Positions 36,560-40,280 of a stretch of 40,280 nt of DNA are shown in pieces. The DNA comes from a virus (taxonomy: Duplodnaviria; Caudoviricetes). The DNA lies in IMG/VR virus record IMGVR_UViG_3300020045_016970, positions 1 through 40,280 of that record, one strand, 5' to 3'. The translations under genes and the position numbers were made by a program. The notes under the pieces are model-generated. The model did not search any database and had not been told where the DNA came from. It saw only the letters and a program-made list of their open reading frames with translations. Each line of letters opens with the position of its first letter. Position 1 is the first letter of the stretch.

Positions 36560-37030
36560 ATGAACACGCGCACCAAACTTCTTCTCGCGGTCGGGGCGCT
36601 CGGCGTGGCGGCGCTGCTGGTTTTCGCGTGGCGCTCGCAGCGGGTGCTCGAAAAAGGATTGCCGCCGAGGGAGGTCTGCGCGTCGCAGGCGGAGGCGGCG
36701 CAGCGCGCGCTCGCGCACAGTGGGCGAGTCATCGGCGTTCTCGGAACGGGGAGCATGCGGCCTTACATCCCGGCCGGCGACCCGACGAAGGTCGTCGCGC
36801 TCGTGGTCCTGCGCGACGGCGGCACATTCCCCGACATCGCGCCCGGCGACCTGCTCGTTTACCGGCCGACGTTTCTCGCCGTTGGGGCCTACGCGCACCA
36901 GGCGGCGCAGCGTGACGCGCTCGGGTGGATTGCCTCGGGGCTGGCAAACGCACAGAGCGAGTCATCGTCGCGGGTGACGAGCGACAACTTCATCGGCATC
37001 GTCGCGCGCACTTTCGTGTGGCAACAATAA
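36560..37030 (+). CDS. S26-like (signal peptidase I, Ser/His SipW/Sec11-type) membrane peptidase
   Basis: N-terminal TM; GTGSMRPYI (Ser65); DIAPGDLLVY; YAHQ (His113); SGLAN; FIGIV. Confidence 0.7.
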   Translation: MNTRTKLLLAVGALGVAALLVFAWRSQRVLEKGLPPREVCASQAEAAQRALAHSGRVIGVLGTGSMRPYIPAGDPTKVVALVVLRDGGTFPDIAPGDLLVYRPTFLAVGAYAHQAAQRDALGWIASGLANAQSESSSRVTSDNFIGIVARTFVWQQ

Positions 37031-37039
37031 CACACTGTC

Positions 37040-37312
37040 ATGTTTCATTCAAAAAACGGGCTCTTCTTTTGGCGCCAGAAAGATGGCGGCGACGTGCGCA
37101 TAATCAAAACCAGTGACGGCAAAGATCCTTTCACGCACCCCATTGGTGATGGCCAAATGGAAAACAACGTCGTCTGTGATGTGGTGCTTGCAGAAAATGA
37201 ATGGGCGAGCGTAGTCGCGGCCGTCTCAGCGGATGGTGAGAATTACGAAAGATGGATGTCCGCTCGCATATTTCACGGCCTGCCTTTGGCAGAACAATCA
37301 AAATGGAAATGA
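37040..37312 (+). CDS. Hypothetical protein (90 aa)
   Basis: ORF track, lower GC. Confidence 0.65.
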   Translation: MFHSKNGLFFWRQKDGGDVRIIKTSDGKDPFTHPIGDGQMENNVVCDVVLAENEWASVVAAVSADGENYERWMSARIFHGLPLAEQSKWK

Positions 37313-37315
37313 GCC

Positions 37316-38047
37316 GTGAAAACCGCCGCCGCAATTATACTCGCCGGGCTGGTCGGGGGCTGTGCATCGGGCGGTAGTGCGAAGTGGTTTGCACCGGCGA
37401 CCTGGTTTAGTGGCAAACCGGCCGCCGACGTTGACCGCGCTGCGAAACAAGAAACCGCCGCGCGTGAAGCCGTGATAAAAAGCGCGCAGAAAGCCTCTCA
37501 TGAAACATCCCTGGCCCTCTCACTGGCCCCAGCTTCCCGCCCCGTGGCCGTCGCTGCCGATTCGAACGCTTCCGCCGTTGCGTTGCTCGACCAAGCCGCC
37601 GGTCCTCTCGACGCCGCCACCCTCGCCCGTATCCGCGCAGTCATCACCGGCCTCCTCTCCGACAACGCCCAGCTCCGTGAAACTGCCGAGCGTCAGCGCG
37701 AAAAAGAGCGCCGCACGACGGAGGAAGTCAGCGGCGCGCTGACCAAGGCCGAGGAAAAAAGCGAACAAGCCGCCACAAAACTGCGCGCGGCATTCGAGCG
37801 CGAAAACGCGCTGGCGAACGAACTGCGCAGTCAACGGGCGCTTATCTGGATTGCGGGTGGCGTTGCAGTCTTGTGTGCCGCCGGTTGGATTTACGTAAAA
37901 TTCTTTCTTGGTGGCATCCCGGCCGCTCTCGCGATGGCGAAACGCGACATTGAGCGTGAGCATCCCGAGGTGGCGAAGACCATCGCGCCGTTTTATGCCC
38001 GCTACCTCGACAAGCGGCACCAACTAGCAATCCGAAAGAGCACATGA
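37316..38047 (+). CDS. Lipoprotein with coiled coil and C-terminal TM (unimolecular spanin-like)
   Basis: Signal with lipobox LVGG-C16; long helical/coiled-coil region; TM ALIWIAGGVAVLCAAGWIYV. Confidence 0.65.
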   Translation: MKTAAAIILAGLVGGCASGGSAKWFAPATWFSGKPAADVDRAAKQETAAREAVIKSAQKASHETSLALSLAPASRPVAVAADSNASAVALLDQAAGPLDAATLARIRAVITGLLSDNAQLRETAERQREKERRTTEEVSGALTKAEEKSEQAATKLRAAFERENALANELRSQRALIWIAGGVAVLCAAGWIYVKFFLGGIPAALAMAKRDIEREHPEVAKTIAPFYARYLDKRHQLAIRKST

Positions 38048-38352
38048 GCGCGAAAATCACCGAAGCAAGAACTGCCGCCGAGCGTCAACCCTGCGCAAAT
38101 TGCCTCGTGACCGAGGAGGCGTTCACGGCGTTGCGCAACGACGTATCCGAAATTCTCGTATGCTTGAAGGGCCATGAAGACCTCGGACATCGCGGACTCG
38201 TGTTGCGAACGGAGGCGAACGAGGCGAACATCGCGTCACTCCAGGCCGAGGCGGCGCAGGCCAAGGCGACGGTGCGGACGGTCGGGCTCATCAGCGTCGC
38301 GCTCGCGTCGATGATTTCGCTCGCGGCCAACGTCTGGCATAAGCTGAAGTAA
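38044..38352 (+). CDS. Holin-like membrane protein (coiled coil plus C-terminal TM)
   Basis: VGLISVALASMISLAANVW TM; last gene of the late operon. Confidence 0.5.
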   Translation: MSAKITEARTAAERQPCANCLVTEEAFTALRNDVSEILVCLKGHEDLGHRGLVLRTEANEANIASLQAEAAQAKATVRTVGLISVALASMISLAANVWHKLK

Positions 38353-38355
38353 GTT

Positions 38356-38397
38356 CGCCCGCCGTCCGACCAGACCAACAGGACGACGGGCGGCAAC
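38356..38397. terminator. Imperfect hairpin between convergent genes
   Basis: GCCCGCCGTCC...GGACGACGGGC; no strong U-tract. Confidence 0.35.
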
Positions 38398-38424
38398 GGC
38401 GGAGTGCCGGCGCTAAAGTGAAAG

Positions 38425-39228
38425 TCAGACGCCGCACATGCCCTCGCACTCGGCGTTGAACCCGGCGAGCAGCGATTGCCCGCGCTCGGTGTCGGTAGAC
38501 AGGTCAACTTGGTCGAGCGGCACGCATGAGCGGTGAAGGAATGGCGTCGCCGTAATTACAGTATGGCTCTGCGCCTCTTGCAGCCGCCGCTCAAATTCAA
38601 CCGCTTGCTGAAATTCTGCGGGAGACTCCGCTTTGATTCGCCGCCATTCGGCGTTATTATGGTGAGGGCAATAAGTGCAGGCTGATCTCGGGGGCGTAGG
38701 AAACCCACGCGACTGCATCCACCGCAAGCAATCGTGCCGAGTCATTTCAGCGTCAATCAACGGCCAGCGATTTGTGATCCATTTCTTTCGCGCCGTCTTC
38801 ATCCGCTGAACCTCGTCCAGTGAAATCCCGATCCACTGTATCACGCGGGTTTTTCTGCGTAACCGCGCAAGTTCTCGGTGAATAGGGTTCAGTTTGAAAT
38901 TCTCTGTGCATTGCCGTGAACCAAAACCCTCCCCGTTGTTGTAAAACACGGGAAGACCCGGCTTGAGGTAACGGTGTCCCTTCTTCGCCACACGCTCGCG
39001 CGTTGCAGCCTCGCTCAATTTCCCCGCCGTCACCCGATGCACCGGAAACGGCAAACGCGGCTCCAGCCAGTCCAGCCACTTGTAAACGCTCGCCGGCTCG
39101 TCCTGTGTATCCGCGAAAATAGCGGCATCAGGCATCGGCGTGATTTCGCCGGCTGCGGCCATGAGAGCCATCGTGCTTGATTGCACGCCGGCACCGAGCG
39201 AAATAATTTGGAGTGGAGAATTGGGCAT
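38425..39228 (-). CDS. PAPS-reductase-like / PP-loop (adenine nucleotide alpha hydrolase) phage protein
   Basis: IISLGAGVQSS, IFADTQDEP, RQCT..FK..PI, WIGISLDE..R, PPRSAC..CP, C-terminal CEGMCGV; ATG 39228. Confidence 0.82.
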   Translation of the reverse strand: MPNSPLQIISLGAGVQSSTMALMAAAGEITPMPDAAIFADTQDEPASVYKWLDWLEPRLPFPVHRVTAGKLSEAATRERVAKKGHRYLKPGLPVFYNNGEGFGSRQCTENFKLNPIHRELARLRRKTRVIQWIGISLDEVQRMKTARKKWITNRWPLIDAEMTRHDCLRWMQSRGFPTPPRSACTYCPHHNNAEWRRIKAESPAEFQQAVEFERRLQEAQSHTVITATPFLHRSCVPLDQVDLSTDTERGQSLLAGFNAECEGMCGV

Positions 39229-39231
39229 GTG

Positions 39232-39561
39232 AAAGTTTCCGGTGAGACACCGCCGGAAGTGCGTCGTTTGCTGGGACCGAGGACGCCGGCCCTCTCCGCG
39301 ATTGCTCGCGAAATTAAACGGGCCAGTTCGATACCTACCTGCTGGGCGGAGTCCTTTTCTCTCGCGAGAAAACCGCAACCCGTCGCCGCGTGAAAACATG
39401 ACTAAACGCGCGGCAAAGTGAATGCGACGAGGGTCCAAGTATTATCCGCCTCCGGTTGTCCGCAAGAACGACCGCCGGCTCCGTCGCAAAGTAAACGCGG
39501 GAGCCGGATTCGCACCGGCCGGGAGCTGCTCAAAGCGCCTGCGCGTCAGGCCGTGCCCGCG
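39232..39561 (-). ncRNA. Array of structured RNA units including a tRNA-like element
   Basis: Successive closed stems, GNRA-capped hairpins, T-arm-like GCCGG-TGCGAAT-CCGGC, U-rich linkers. Confidence 0.55.
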
Positions 39562-39579
39562 AAATAAAAAAAAGAACGA

Positions 39580-39798
39580 TTAGCCTGCCACCTCCCGAAA
39601 GAGCGGCAACCCTTCAAACACGTCGGAGGTGCGCTCATATTTGCGGTACTCCATGAAACGCGGTGGACGTTTGCCGTCCGCCGCGAGAGAAGCGGACTGC
39701 GACCACAACGGCGACATCACAAACAACGCATCGGGGCCAACGTCTGGGCAGTCTTTTATCGCCCGGAGCCGGTCTAGAGTTTCAAATGCCAGTTTCAT
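39580..39798 (-). CDS. Hypothetical protein (72 aa)
   Basis: ORF downstream of a leftward TTGACG promoter-like site. Confidence 0.6.
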   Translation of the reverse strand: MKLAFETLDRLRAIKDCPDVGPDALFVMSPLWSQSASLAADGKRPPRFMEYRKYERTSDVFEGLPLFREVAG

Positions 39799-39799
39799 T

Positions 39800-39893
39800 T
39801 CACCCTTACGAAGCGAAGTTTTTGCAGCGCGTCAAGCTCCTTTTTGCAAGTACAGGCTTGACTTCACGCGAAAGAATTACCAAGTCTCGCGGC
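39800..39893. promoter_or_regulatory. Divergent promoter region (switch-like)
   Basis: TTGACG on - (39830-39835), TTGACT on + (39858-39863), TTTTTGCA repeated at 39819 and 39841. Confidence 0.45.
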
Positions 39894-40133
39894 ATGGCAA
39901 CAACTGCTTTTTCCGAACTGCGCCGAGAGTTGGGCGTGAGCCAGCGCAAGTTCGCCGCTTTATTTGGAGTCACCCCGCGCACAATTCAGCTCTGGGAAAG
40001 CGGCGCGCATGAGGTGCCTGTATCCGCGCAAAAACTACTCGAAACAGCGCAGTGTGTTTTTCGGGTTTCCGCCGAAATTGACGCGACTGACTCCATCCAG
40101 ATTTTCCCGCGCGGGAAGAAGGGCACAAAATGA
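39894..40133 (+). CDS. XRE/Cro-family HTH regulator
   Basis: LRRELGVSQRKFAALFGVTPRTIQLWESG...P; ATG 39894. Confidence 0.85.
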   Translation: MATTAFSELRRELGVSQRKFAALFGVTPRTIQLWESGAHEVPVSAQKLLETAQCVFRVSAEIDATDSIQIFPRGKKGTK

Positions 40134-40257
40134 AACTATCGCCCGACCTTGCAACATTAACGGGTATCACATTTGGAATATGACAATTTTATCAAACCGT
40201 GCAAATGCCAGCAAAGGCAACCGTTTTAGGGGTGAAGAATTTGATTGTCCGTTTTAA
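40113..40257 (+). pseudogene. Possible HNH nuclease C-terminal remnant
   Basis: TIARPCNINGYHIWNMTILSNRANASKGN resembles (S/T)IDRIDNxxGY..N...IS.RAN..KG; no matching start. Confidence 0.35.
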
Positions 40258-40280
40258 AGTAAAAAAAAACTTAGTATTTG

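Noticed and set aside
39496-39561. Canonical tRNA gene
   Set aside because: T-loop is TGCGAAT rather than TTCRANT, there is no proper 7-nt anticodon loop or D-loop GG, and no CCA; kept only as tRNA-like
1-40280. Complete circular genome or terminal repeats
   Set aside because: The DnaB-like ORF leaving position 1 does not continue sensibly from 40280 (early stop, no DnaB motif), and no end repeat was seen
1-40280. Alternative genetic code
   Set aside because: Core genes are intact under the standard code and use TAA, TAG and TGA as stops

Overview
This window is most of a ~40+ kb tailed-phage genome with podovirus-like gene order and high GC; both ends look truncated. Genes 1-9926 run on the minus strand. 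They include a DnaB-like N-terminus, a small serine resolvase/invertase, two Arc-like RHH regulators, an ERCC4 nuclease, many small ORFs, two paralogous GT-A glycosyltransferases, a FkbM methyltransferase and an HNH nuclease. Genes 9969-38352 run on the plus strand and cover morphogenesis and lysis. They encode a large terminase with a mini-intein in Walker A, portal, scaffold, a DUF5309/SU10-type capsid, adaptor and nozzle with inserted modules, an Mtd_N beta-helix tailspike, an EndoVII-type endonuclease, three ejection-type proteins, a second fibre cluster, a Ser/His S26-like peptidase, a u-spanin-like lipoprotein and a holin-like gene. The right end has a PP-loop/PAPS-reductase-like gene preceded by a ~330 nt non-coding array of hairpin and tRNA-like units separated by U-rich linkers, then a divergent XRE switch. 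The most notable items are that RNA array, the peptidase/u-spanin lysis cassette with no visible endolysin, the GT/GT/MTase cassette, a Cys-initiated C-terminal domain on an ejection protein, and a palindrome shared upstream of portal and scaffold. All family calls come from reading motifs by eye; no searches were run.
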